A stretch of 57,744 bases of DNA from a virus (lineage: Duplodnaviria > Caudoviricetes), in IMG/VR virus record IMGVR_UViG_3300037245_001071, positions 1 to 57,744 of that record. One strand, written 5' to 3'. Numbering within the stretch: the first letter of the stretch is position 1; the number at the start of each line of letters is the position of its first letter. Shown piece by piece: positions 7,531 through 16,367 of this stretch. The position numbers were made by a program, and so were the translations under genes. The notes below the pieces were generated by a model that searched no databases, was not told where the DNA came from, and saw only the letters and a program-made list of their open reading frames with translations.

Positions 7531-7633
7531 TTAAAAAGTCTATCTGAACTATTTGCTCTAATTTGAGCTAATTGTTAACCCTAAGATATTAAGGGAATGG
7601 ACACCGTTGTATGAACTAAAACAACATAAGATT

Positions 7634-7876
7634 ATGGAAAATGTAGATTTTAAACAAAAAGCAATCGATTTAATTAAATTATGTGAAGATGAAAATTATT
7701 TTAAATCAATTGATATGTTCGATAATTCTAAAATTACCGCACTAGAGTTTATTAAACTTATAAATGGAACTATGATTACTATTCCCCACACCTTAGAAAC
7801 AAAGAATTATTATATTGAATTAGAAAATGAATTATTAAAAATGACATTTGAAGATTATAATAACTTTAAGTTATAA
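7634..7876 (+). CDS. hypothetical protein
   Basis: Likely start at attATG 7634. Confidence 0.55.
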   Translation: MENVDFKQKAIDLIKLCEDENYFKSIDMFDNSKITALEFIKLINGTMITIPHTLETKNYYIELENELLKMTFEDYNNFKL

Positions 7877-7879
7877 ACA

Positions 7880-8233
7880 ATGGAAGATATTAAAGATTAC
7901 ACTTTAAAAGATTTAGGATTAGAAAAACAAACTAATCCAAATAAAAGATATTCTGTTACATTCCAATTTTATAGTCATAAAGAAGCTAGGCTCGAAAACT
8001 ATAAAATATTAACCCTTGCTTTCAAGACTAAAAAAGAAGCATACGAAGCGATGAATAAAGAATTAAATAATATTTATGACGAATTATTGATTAATCGCAA
8101 AAAACAAGACAAAACACTTGATTTTGTTTTCAAAAATATGTCATGGTTCATAAATGAAGAAATATTCGATAATTTATATCAAACTAATAATAGAATGATA
8201 TTAAATTCAATGCCATATATTTATAAAAACTAA
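7880..8233 (+). CDS. hypothetical protein
   Basis: 117-aa packed ORF. Confidence 0.6.
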   Translation: MEDIKDYTLKDLGLEKQTNPNKRYSVTFQFYSHKEARLENYKILTLAFKTKKEAYEAMNKELNNIYDELLINRKKQDKTLDFVFKNMSWFINEEIFDNLYQTNNRMILNSMPYIYKN

Positions 8234-8319
8234 ATAAACCCATTTGAAACCCCAATAATTGCAGAAATGGAGCAAAAACAGGACTTAAAAAGCATTAATA
8301 ATCATTTTAAATAGAAATT

Positions 8320-8673
8320 ATGAAAAGCGTTAAAGAAACAACAAAAAAGTACAACGAATTGATTAAAGATGTAGAAACAAATGATTTTTACAAAACAGAT
8401 TTAACAAATAAGGTTAATTGCTATGTGTGTAAATGTGGTCATGTGACTAAAACAATCGATATCCATTCAGGTGTAACTCCTTTTATGTTTACATGTGAAA
8501 AGTGCGATGGAGATGCTCAAAGTACATTCTATAATGACATTAAACCATATCAGAAACCAACTTTTGAATGGCATAGACCAATATTAAAAGAAGTGCTTAA
8601 AATGCGCAAAGATGAATTTATATTAGACCATGTTTTAAGAGGTGGCTTAATTGATCGTAAAATTAAAACCTAA
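8320..8673 (+). CDS. zinc-ribbon hypothetical protein
   Basis: YVCKCGH...GVTPFMFTCEKC. Confidence 0.65.
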   Translation: MKSVKETTKKYNELIKDVETNDFYKTDLTNKVNCYVCKCGHVTKTIDIHSGVTPFMFTCEKCDGDAQSTFYNDIKPYQKPTFEWHRPILKEVLKMRKDEFILDHVLRGGLIDRKIKT

Positions 8674-8677
8674 CCAA

Positions 8678-8911
8678 ATGAGACACAAAAGCGAAATAAT
8701 GAAATTACCTATATCTGAATTAACAGATGAAGAAATTGCAAAAGCTGCAATGTATAGATTAAACACTAAATCATTAATGTTTATCTATGAAGATTTAGAA
8801 TCGGAAAAAATCATTTTCATTACTCGCTGGAAAAAAGACGGTCGAAAAGTCTGCAGTAAAATAAAAAAAGCAATTCAGGATAACTTTTGTAAAATTGAAC
8901 CGATTAAATAA
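8678..8911 (+). CDS. hypothetical protein
   Basis: Likely start MRHKSE just after the previous stop. Confidence 0.5.
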   Translation: MRHKSEIMKLPISELTDEEIAKAAMYRLNTKSLMFIYEDLESEKIIFITRWKKDGRKVCSKIKKAIQDNFCKIEPIK

Positions 8912-8929
8912 TTAACTAAAAAGTAGATC

Positions 8930-9130
8930 ATGAAACTAACCGCCTACACATTCGAAACATTCTGGTATTTTTACCATGAAAAGAACCCACAATACAAGCG
9001 AAATACTACACAGGCTAAAACCCTATTTGAAAGTATTAATTGCACAGGGACAAAAAAGGAAATTATACAAGGAATAGAAAAGAGTGAATTGAGCGGGTTG
9101 GATTATATTAAAAAACAATTAACTAAATAG
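8930..9130 (+). CDS. hypothetical protein
   Basis: Packed ORF. Confidence 0.55.
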   Translation: MKLTAYTFETFWYFYHEKNPQYKRNTTQAKTLFESINCTGTKKEIIQGIEKSELSGLDYIKKQLTK

Positions 9131-9132
9131 TC

Positions 9133-9351
9133 ATGAAAGTACAAAATTTAGAGATTAAGTATTTGAATTTTAAAAGTGAATACAACAAAGACCCAAAAGG
9201 AATATTAATGAGTCCAAATAAATACGAAGAGTTGAGAAGAGAGGCGTATGTTGGTGGTTTAGATTTTGATAATAGTGGTTTAATTGAATTTAGAGGTGTT
9301 AAAATATATCGATCTTTCGATATTAATACAGATGAAATTGAAATATTTTAA
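9133..9351 (+). CDS. hypothetical protein
   Basis: Packed ORF. Confidence 0.55.
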   Translation: MKVQNLEIKYLNFKSEYNKDPKGILMSPNKYEELRREAYVGGLDFDNSGLIEFRGVKIYRSFDINTDEIEIF

Positions 9352-9369
9352 ATAATAAACTAAATAACT

Positions 9370-9543
9370 ATGAAATTCAAAAACATAAAAACAAAAGTTA
9401 TTTATACACATAAAGGACATTGTATAAATGCCACAAATGCAAATGATGGTCAATTAATGATACTATATGAAGCTTCTAACGGTGATTTATTTGCCAGAGA
9501 AGCATCAGAGTTTAATTCAAAGTTTGAACCTGTAAATAAGTAG
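9370..9543 (+). CDS. DUF1653-like small protein (57 aa)
   Basis: Read by hand: ...INATNANDGQLMILY...LFAREASEFNSKF. Confidence 0.6.
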   Translation: MKFKNIKTKVIYTHKGHCINATNANDGQLMILYEASNGDLFAREASEFNSKFEPVNK

Positions 9544-9580
9544 TTTATTGACAATTTACTGACAAAATACTAACAATTAG

Positions 9581-9763
9581 ATGCCATACCCTAAACTATA
9601 CCAATATATTACTTTCATGAAGTCAAACGAGCATGATAAGCAGTTTGGTATATTATTTACTGGTAAAGTGTTAAAAATAGATGATAAAGAGTGTTATTAT
9701 GTTGTTCGGGCTGATTATGGTCTGGACATAATTAAATTTAGTGAATTGATAAGAGTATTATAA
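9581..9763 (+). CDS. hypothetical protein
   Basis: 60-aa ORF. Confidence 0.5.
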   Translation: MPYPKLYQYITFMKSNEHDKQFGILFTGKVLKIDDKECYYVVRADYGLDIIKFSELIRVL

Positions 9764-9790
9764 AATAAAGTTTTAACTAAAAATAGAAAT

Positions 9791-9994
9791 ATGAAAGCAG
9801 AAGAAGCAAGAAAAAAAACCGACAAAGCTAAATTAGATGCTAATAATTTAATTAAAGACATTTATAAGGCATGTGAATTAGGTAAAGATTCGCTAACAAC
9901 TGGTAAATTATCAGAGTTTGAAAGCAAAAGACTAAACGAATTAGGCTACAAAGTTGAGCCTATAGCGGGAGGTGGTAATATAATTAAATGGTAA
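9791..9994 (+). CDS. hypothetical protein
   Basis: 67 aa, ends LGYKVE...IKW. Confidence 0.6.
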   Translation: MKAEEARKKTDKAKLDANNLIKDIYKACELGKDSLTTGKLSEFESKRLNELGYKVEPIAGGGNIIKW

Positions 9995-10019
9995 AATAAC
10001 ACAAGTGAAAAACAAATTT

Positions 10020-10049
10020 AAACCTCATTTTTAACTAAGTGAGGTTTTT
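10020..10049 (+). terminator. intrinsic terminator
   Basis: AAACCTCATT / AGTGAGGTTT stem followed by Ts. Confidence 0.7.
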
Positions 10050-10064
10050 CTTATTAAATATTTG

Positions 10065-10072
10065 TAACTTTG
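10065..10072 (+). promoter_or_regulatory. Bacteroidota -7 element TAACTTTG upstream of the head genes
   Basis: TAnnTTTG, 14 nt before ATG 10087. Confidence 0.55.
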
Positions 10073-10086
10073 AAAAAAATAACTAT

Positions 10087-10332
10087 ATGGCTACAGAAGC
10101 GCAACAAGAAACTTACGAGATTCTAATTATTCAATATGCCAACATTAACACGGCTATAAGTATATTAATGGGGAAGAATAAAAAATATACCTATTCCAAT
10201 GTTGAAGGCACCCATATGGCTGAAACTCATACATTAACCGAGCTTTCAAGCCTAAGAAAAGATACTAGGGAAGAAATAAACGCATTAATAAGCCAATGTA
10301 GTGGTTCATTCGTTAAACTTAAAAATTATTAG
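10087..10332 (+). CDS. head-tail adaptor, gpW-like (putative)
   Basis: Small protein directly before the portal; YTYS...LTELSSLR pattern. Confidence 0.55.
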   Translation: MATEAQQETYEILIIQYANINTAISILMGKNKKYTYSNVEGTHMAETHTLTELSSLRKDTREEINALISQCSGSFVKLKNY

Positions 10333-10333
10333 C

Positions 10334-12157
10334 ATGAAATTTACAGATGTTAGAGATAATATACTGGGTATTAGCGATTTAAAGAAGAATTCAGCCGAAA
10401 TAAGCAAGGTAAATGAAACCCTAACCAATAAAATAACCCAATTAAACTCAGATAATCAGAAAATGAACTCCATAATGACCACTATGGGTTATGGTTACGA
10501 GTTTATTACAGGCGAATCCAACGCCGGAGACCTGCCAGAAGTTAAAGAAATACTAATCATATACAACGACTTAAGATTAAGGAGTTGGCAGTTCATATTC
10601 AATAATCATATTGCAAATTTAATAGTCACAAAAAGAATCAACTGGCAAATAGGTTCAGGACTTCTTTTCAATTCAAAACCAAGCGAAAAACCTTTTATTG
10701 CGTTTTATGGAGATAAAAAAGGAAAAGAAAAACATAAAGAATTTGTCACTAATATAGAATATCAATACCGGAATATAATTAAAAGCAAAGATGTCGATAA
10801 TGCCAAAGAAAGCAATTTGCATGAAATGGCTCGTATCATTGACTTTAATGCAGCTGGTGATGGTGATGTTTTGCTATTAATGCGTATTGAAAATGGATTA
10901 CCAAATATTCAAGTAATAAGTGGTCAAGCTGTTTGTGATCCATGGGATTTAACAACAGGATTAACAAGCGGTCATTCTGTAAACGAGGGTGTTGAAAAAA
11001 ATGCAAAAAATCAGATAGTAGCTTACCATGTTCTAAAAGATACTAATATGTCGAATACTGAACATAAGCCGGCTGGTGAGGTTCCAGAATGGGGGACAAG
11101 ACGAATACCAGTTTATTTCAAAAACAGTAAATTCAAAAAAGCCTGGTTATATAGGGCTTCTGACCTTAGAAAATTAGGAGAAACCCGTTCAATGCCTTTA
11201 TTATCTAATATATTTGAATCCCTACAGCATATTAACGATTATATAATTGCCAATACTAAAAACGCTCAATTAAAAGCGCAATTAGTTGTTTCTTTTGACA
11301 AAGATGCTAATTCAGATGGATCAAAAGTGTTTAATCAAGGTGCAAATATTGCTGGACTAACAACTACAACAACTCCAAACGATACAGTATCAGATGACCT
11401 ACAAACTCATAATAGTGCGGTTAAGTTTGAGCGCGATATGAAAGGAAATGGAATAGTTATTGATCCGGGCAAAGGGGTAAAAACAAACATGGTAAATGAT
11501 ACCGCCCAAAGTGACCAAAAAGAATTCCTTAAAAGTACATTCGAAACTCTATTTGCTAATGCTGGTTATCCTATTGAATTTATGTTATCTAGTTATAATT
11601 CTAACTATACGGCTTCAATGGGTGCACGTTCCGATACTCAACATAGCTTAGATGTAACTAACGAAATAATACCAAGTGCACAACTTTACAAGATGCATTA
11701 CAATATGACTTTGTATTTAATGGTCCTATCTGGAAAAATAGAATGTGAGCCATTAAAAAAAGCATATTTAGAAAATGACATTGTAACAATTCAGGCTATA
11801 AGCAATTCGACATTCGAAGGAACAAAATTAAAACCTATTGATCCAGTTAAATTTATTAAAGCATTAAGGGCGCAATTGCCTGAAAATATACGTGAAAAAG
11901 TAGGATTAAACACTATTGATAATTTGGTAAATATGGCTAGTGGTGGAGATTACGAAAGTATCACAAATCAATTAGTCAATGAAATATTAGCTTTGCCGGA
12001 TGAATTTGATAATCCGGAACCTGAAGTAATACCACCGACCACAAATAAAACTAAACAAAGTTTATTTGAAGGTTTCAAACAGCATTATGATGATACTATT
12101 GGAGAATTGCCAGATGATGTAAGCGATTGTATTGATGAATTTGTAGAAAAAGAATAG
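10334..12157 (+). CDS. portal protein, lambda gpB family
   Basis: LRLRSW, IGSGL, DGDVLL, EGVE...IVAYHV, ETRSMPLL and NYTASMGA motifs. Confidence 0.88.
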   Translation: MKFTDVRDNILGISDLKKNSAEISKVNETLTNKITQLNSDNQKMNSIMTTMGYGYEFITGESNAGDLPEVKEILIIYNDLRLRSWQFIFNNHIANLIVTKRINWQIGSGLLFNSKPSEKPFIAFYGDKKGKEKHKEFVTNIEYQYRNIIKSKDVDNAKESNLHEMARIIDFNAAGDGDVLLLMRIENGLPNIQVISGQAVCDPWDLTTGLTSGHSVNEGVEKNAKNQIVAYHVLKDTNMSNTEHKPAGEVPEWGTRRIPVYFKNSKFKKAWLYRASDLRKLGETRSMPLLSNIFESLQHINDYIIANTKNAQLKAQLVVSFDKDANSDGSKVFNQGANIAGLTTTTTPNDTVSDDLQTHNSAVKFERDMKGNGIVIDPGKGVKTNMVNDTAQSDQKEFLKSTFETLFANAGYPIEFMLSSYNSNYTASMGARSDTQHSLDVTNEIIPSAQLYKMHYNMTLYLMVLSGKIECEPLKKAYLENDIVTIQAISNSTFEGTKLKPIDPVKFIKALRAQLPENIREKVGLNTIDNLVNMASGGDYESITNQLVNEILALPDEFDNPEPEVIPPTTNKTKQSLFEGFKQHYDDTIGELPDDVSDCIDEFVEKE

Positions 12158-12325
12158 ATGATAACATATAGATGTAAGTTTTGTAAATGGAAGCCAATAT
12201 TATTTGAAGGTAAATTTCAAGGGACTGTAAAAAAAGTATGTCCGAGGTGTCGAGAAATGAATATTATTAAGGAAGAAAACTTGCCATTATCAGAAAAATT
12301 TTGTAATGTGGATAAATTAAATTAA
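12158..12325 (+). CDS. Mu Com-like zinc-ribbon regulator (55 aa)
   Basis: Read by hand: YRCKFC..ILFEG...KVCPRCREMN. Confidence 0.7.
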   Translation: MITYRCKFCKWKPILFEGKFQGTVKKVCPRCREMNIIKEENLPLSEKFCNVDKLN

Positions 12326-12330
12326 TTTTG
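12300..12330 (+). promoter_or_regulatory. Bacteroidota promoter TTTG-N19-TAATTTTG
   Basis: Both -33 and -7 elements present with canonical spacing. Confidence 0.65.
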
Positions 12331-12351
12331 AATAGATTTAAATCAAAGAAA

Positions 12352-12765
12352 ATGAAGAAACAATTATTAATTCTAGTATTCCTAATGATTAGCTTAATAA
12401 GCTTTTCGCAGGAAAGAAATGATCCGATTGATTCGGTTTTTGTAACTAGTACAACCGATACTATATCGTATGAGTATAACTCGAGTAGATACATGGGTTG
12501 GGGTTTATATGATGGAATAGTAGGTTTTCAGTTTACCATAGCTAATTATGTAGACACTATCGATCATGTTTATTTAATGGGGTCTTACGATGGTGAAGAA
12601 ATGGTATTTGTGGACAGTACAGATAGTCGAACGGATGGCAATTATATGCTTTTCGATGCTCCACCCAAGTATTATCAATATTTTTTATTTGCAAAGTGCT
12701 TAACCGGAGATACAGCAACTATTAAGAATACCACACAGTTTGCAAAAAAAAGACAAGTAAAATAA
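12352..12765 (+). CDS. secreted protein with signal peptide (moron-like)
   Basis: MKKQLLILVFLMISLISFS|Q type I signal peptide; has its own promoter and terminator. Confidence 0.75.
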   Translation: MKKQLLILVFLMISLISFSQERNDPIDSVFVTSTTDTISYEYNSSRYMGWGLYDGIVGFQFTIANYVDTIDHVYLMGSYDGEEMVFVDSTDSRTDGNYMLFDAPPKYYQYFLFAKCLTGDTATIKNTTQFAKKRQVK

Positions 12766-12809
12766 GATAGTTTTTTTCATAATAGGTAGAGTTTTTTTAT
12801 TACAGAGCG

Positions 12810-12846
12810 AGCCTCTTTTTGTTTCATTACAAAAAGGGGCTTTTTT
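12810..12846 (+). terminator. intrinsic terminator immediately upstream of the head protease gene
   Basis: AGCCTCTTTTTGT / ACAAAAAGGGGCT plus T-run, preceded by AGAGCGAGCC. Confidence 0.8.
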
Positions 12847-12857
12847 AATTTAAGAGA

Positions 12858-13886
12858 ATGAGGAAAATAAATACAGATTTACCAGACGGAATTTATTCAT
12901 GGACAATAACGGCACTTATTGACAAAATAAACGAATCAAATGAAGATTCTGAATTGTCGTGGGATAGTTGGGGAGGTACAACCGCAGCGGGTCAAAAATT
13001 TATTGACTTTTTAAACAATAGAGAAAGTAAAACAAACATAAATACTACTGGTTACGCTGTGTCAATGGGAGCTGTTTTGGTTCCATTTTTTGACAATTCA
13101 AAAGTGGCAAATCAGGCTGACGTAATGATACACTCATTAGCTGGGGGTGTTAAATCAACAAGACGACACACTAATGAACTACTTTATGGAGCGTTATCAA
13201 AAAAAATTGATGAAGCTAAATTTAAAGAGCTTTTCGGTAAGGATTTAAAAGAGGTGATGCTTGCTGAGGATGAAGATAGGGTAGATATTTGGATGACAGG
13301 AAAGCAAGCGGCAGAAATAGGACTTTATGATGAATCTTATGATTTACTCACTGGTAAAGCCGCCAATTTCGAAAGCGTAGACTTTACGGACATTGGATTT
13401 AAAGTGCCCGATTATATTAAAGAAAAATATTCAAAACAAGCAAAAATTGTTAAATCAAATACAAATGAGATGGAAATAAAAGATGTAAAAAAGGCAGAAC
13501 TTCAAACTGGCAATCCATCCGTTTACAATGCCATATTAGAAGAAGGCAAGCAAGCGGTAAAGGGTAGTTTATCAGATGAAAGGGCTAGGGTAGCTAGTAT
13601 CATGAAATATGCAGAGTATGACATGCCAAAAGCTACCGAAATGATCGAAAAAGGTGCAACATTAGAAATTGCAGATGTTGAGCATTTTATTGAGAAAAAG
13701 CATGCTTCTAAGGTAATAGATGACCTTGAGAATGATAGCGAAAAGGATTTAAACCCAGGTAAAAAAGCAGCGAAAATTGAGGACAAAAGAACCGATGAAG
13801 AAAAAGCTAACGATGAAACCTTAAAAGAGGAAAAAGCTGCAATGTTAGAAGAAAGTGGATTTGAACTAAAAACTGAAAAATCATGA
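12858..13886 (+). CDS. ClpP-like head maturation protease with scaffold C-terminus
   Basis: SWGG, AVSMG catalytic Ser, VMIH, WMTGKQAAEIGL; charged C-terminal region (ERARV). Confidence 0.85.
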   Translation: MRKINTDLPDGIYSWTITALIDKINESNEDSELSWDSWGGTTAAGQKFIDFLNNRESKTNINTTGYAVSMGAVLVPFFDNSKVANQADVMIHSLAGGVKSTRRHTNELLYGALSKKIDEAKFKELFGKDLKEVMLAEDEDRVDIWMTGKQAAEIGLYDESYDLLTGKAANFESVDFTDIGFKVPDYIKEKYSKQAKIVKSNTNEMEIKDVKKAELQTGNPSVYNAILEEGKQAVKGSLSDERARVASIMKYAEYDMPKATEMIEKGATLEIADVEHFIEKKHASKVIDDLENDSEKDLNPGKKAAKIEDKRTDEEKANDETLKEEKAAMLEESGFELKTEKS

Positions 13887-14362
13887 GTAAAGTAGATATA
13901 ACAACAGCAGTTGATACTGCAAATCATTTTCAGGCTGAATATGAATATTTAAAAATATTCGTAAGATTTCCACAAGATCAGAGGAAATACACTTTTGTAA
14001 ATGGTACAGCAAGTGAAAGAACTATAGCCGCTGGCACATTATGTGGAATATTAACATCTGACCAAACAATTGTACAGCCTGTTGAGAGTGATGCAACCGA
14101 TGGATCACAAAAGCCAGTATGTATAACAATGGCAGATATAGTAATTGCAGCGGGTGCATCTATTGAAGTTGAGGCTTTATTAGGTTTTGACGGTTCTTTT
14201 TATGCCGATAAGGTAGTATTAGAAAAATCAGGCGATACATTAGATACTCTAATCACAGAAGAAGGCCAAAGTATTAGGTTAGCATTGAAAAGCTATAATA
14301 ATGATTTATCTATTGTTGATGCAGCTGTTGAGCAGTCGGATTATATGAATTCACAAGTTTAA
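13883..14362 (+). CDS. head decoration protein (gpD-like)
   Basis: IAAGT...SDATDGSQKPVCI motif; position between protease and capsid. Confidence 0.75.
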   Translation: MSKVDITTAVDTANHFQAEYEYLKIFVRFPQDQRKYTFVNGTASERTIAAGTLCGILTSDQTIVQPVESDATDGSQKPVCITMADIVIAAGASIEVEALLGFDGSFYADKVVLEKSGDTLDTLITEEGQSIRLALKSYNNDLSIVDAAVEQSDYMNSQV

Positions 14363-14379
14363 TTAATAAATATTATATT

Positions 14380-15525
14380 ATGCCAGTAGGAAATTTTTCT
14401 ATAAAAACATTTATACCTGAACTACAAGCTAGTTTGGTTAAATTCATTACCGACAGGTACGGTGAAAGCCATGGTTTTTCAAAAATGGCTAAAGAGGTAA
14501 GACCTCAGCACGAGCAAAAAATCCATTTAATGGGTAAGACTTACAAGCGTTATGTTGCAGCTGATATTCCACAACGAAGCAAAGTAGGATATATTAAAGA
14601 TTCTAAATTCACAGATGATTATATTACTGCTCCCGAATATGGTAGAGGATTTACTATCAATGTGGATGATTTAATGTTGAATCCGGAAATGCCCGTAAAT
14701 TTCAATACTAATCTTAAAAAGGGTAGATCAGCTACATTATCAGAGAGGGTAAAAGTTGCATCTCAAATGTGTATTGAAGAAATACGTAGAGGTGAAGATA
14801 TGCAAATGAAAAATATTATCGAAACCTGTACAGTTGAATTGGAAAATTACCCAGTTATTGATTATGGTAGAGATGCAGATTTAAGCACAACTATTACAAC
14901 CTCTAATCTAAAATGGACAATCGCCAATAAATCAACAATGAATTCTTTTCAAAATTTAGACGATTGGGGCGAAATTCTAGTAAGTAGAGGTAATTGTGGA
15001 GGTAATGAGTTAATAGCATTGGTTGGAACGGATGCATATGTAGCGCACGTAAATTCAGATGTATATAAAGCTGATTCTGATATTCGTAGAAATTTCAAAC
15101 TTACAAGACGTGAAGTTGAGCCGTTGAAAGGAAATATAAATATTCCTGAAGGTGCAATGTATCGCGAAACAATTAATTTAACTAAATCAGGTGTATGTCA
15201 TATTTTTACATATGACCAAAACTTCATGTTAAATGATGGTAGTGATACTTTGACTAATTGGTTAGATAAAGATATGGTATGTTTGATTGCATCAGGCAAT
15301 ATAATTGAACGCCAACCTCTCTTTATTCCTAATATGTTAGAATTAATGCCAATGACACCAGAAACAAAAGCATTAATGAGACAGGTGCCTAATTCATCTT
15401 CATGGTTGATTTATCCGGATTGGAAAAATTGCGACATGTTTACTTTTGCAATGGCAATAAAAAAACAGTTTATAACTACGCCATTGACTCCTAATAAGAT
15501 GTTCACAGCCATAACTAATTCATAG
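14380..15525 (+). CDS. major capsid protein (lambda gpE-like)
   Basis: 381 aa, IDYGRD motif, synteny. Confidence 0.8.
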   Translation: MPVGNFSIKTFIPELQASLVKFITDRYGESHGFSKMAKEVRPQHEQKIHLMGKTYKRYVAADIPQRSKVGYIKDSKFTDDYITAPEYGRGFTINVDDLMLNPEMPVNFNTNLKKGRSATLSERVKVASQMCIEEIRRGEDMQMKNIIETCTVELENYPVIDYGRDADLSTTITTSNLKWTIANKSTMNSFQNLDDWGEILVSRGNCGGNELIALVGTDAYVAHVNSDVYKADSDIRRNFKLTRREVEPLKGNINIPEGAMYRETINLTKSGVCHIFTYDQNFMLNDGSDTLTNWLDKDMVCLIASGNIIERQPLFIPNMLELMPMTPETKALMRQVPNSSSWLIYPDWKNCDMFTFAMAIKKQFITTPLTPNKMFTAITNS

Positions 15526-15529
15526 TATT

Positions 15530-15997
15530 ATGACACCAGAGGAATTAAAAAAGGAAGCAAATAAAAGGTTAATCGAGCTTGATTTAAGTGTAAATTCTAA
15601 TCAACCAGCAATGAAGTCTATTGTTGTTGATTTAGGGATTGAAATAGAAAGCAATAAAGCAGACGATTTACGAAAAATATTGGCTCCTATAAAAGAATCC
15701 TTAGTGTCGGAAACAAACGAAACGGTTGAAGAAACAGCTGAAGTAGTTGAGGTTGAAGAAACTGAGGAAACAAACGAAACGGTTGAAGAAACAGCTGAAG
15801 TAGTTGAAAAAGTGACCATTCTAAAAGGTAACTTCATAATGACTAAAACCCATTTAAATTGGGGTGCTAATGGTAGGAATCATTTTTACGCTAAGAAAAA
15901 ACCCCTTATCAACGCAAAAGTAATGGGTAAATTCCACGGCACTTTAAAAATCTGGTTAGATAAAGGTTGGATTGAAAAAGGTTCTTACAAAAAATAG
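15530..15997 (+). CDS. acidic head-associated protein (FI-like position)
   Basis: Glu/Thr/Val-rich linker with an internal duplication. Confidence 0.55.
   Translation: MTPEELKKEANKRLIELDLSVNSNQPAMKSIVVDLGIEIESNKADDLRKILAPIKESLVSETNETVEETAEVVEVEETEETNETVEETAEVVEKVTILKGNFIMTKTHLNWGANGRNHFYAKKKPLINAKVMGKFHGTLKIWLDKGWIEKGSYKK
15709..15807 (+). repeat. 42-bp in-frame direct repeat, 2 copies
   Basis: GGAAACAAACGAAACGGTTGAAGAAACAGCTGAAGTAGTTGA at 15709 and 15766. Confidence 0.9.
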
Positions 15998-16000
15998 AAA

Positions 16001-16366
16001 ATGGATACAGTAATTAGAGACGACTTTGCGGATTTTAAAAACAATTGTGAATTGTTTAATAGCGATGTAAAGCTTTATAAATCGCAAGGTGGTACTCTAA
16101 TTTACGAAGGAAAAGGTATTTACGATCACAAACCAAACGCAGTTCCAAATGAAGATGGAATGGTGGTATATGATGGACACAAAAGTATATTAACACTAAG
16201 TAAATCAGAATTGACTTTTGTGTCCGGATATGAGGATTTGAAAGCCTATTATGTTGAGATTACGGACAATGACGGGACTTATAATTATTGGATTTCAAGC
16301 TCATCATTAAGCAAGAATGTAGGCAGTATATTTTGTTATTTAAAAGATACAGAGGTAAAATTATAA
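16001..16366 (+). CDS. head-tail joining protein (FII-like, putative)
   Basis: Size, beta-rich pattern and synteny. Confidence 0.5.
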   Translation: MDTVIRDDFADFKNNCELFNSDVKLYKSQGGTLIYEGKGIYDHKPNAVPNEDGMVVYDGHKSILTLSKSELTFVSGYEDLKAYYVEITDNDGTYNYWISSSSLSKNVGSIFCYLKDTEVKL

Positions 16367-16367
16367 A

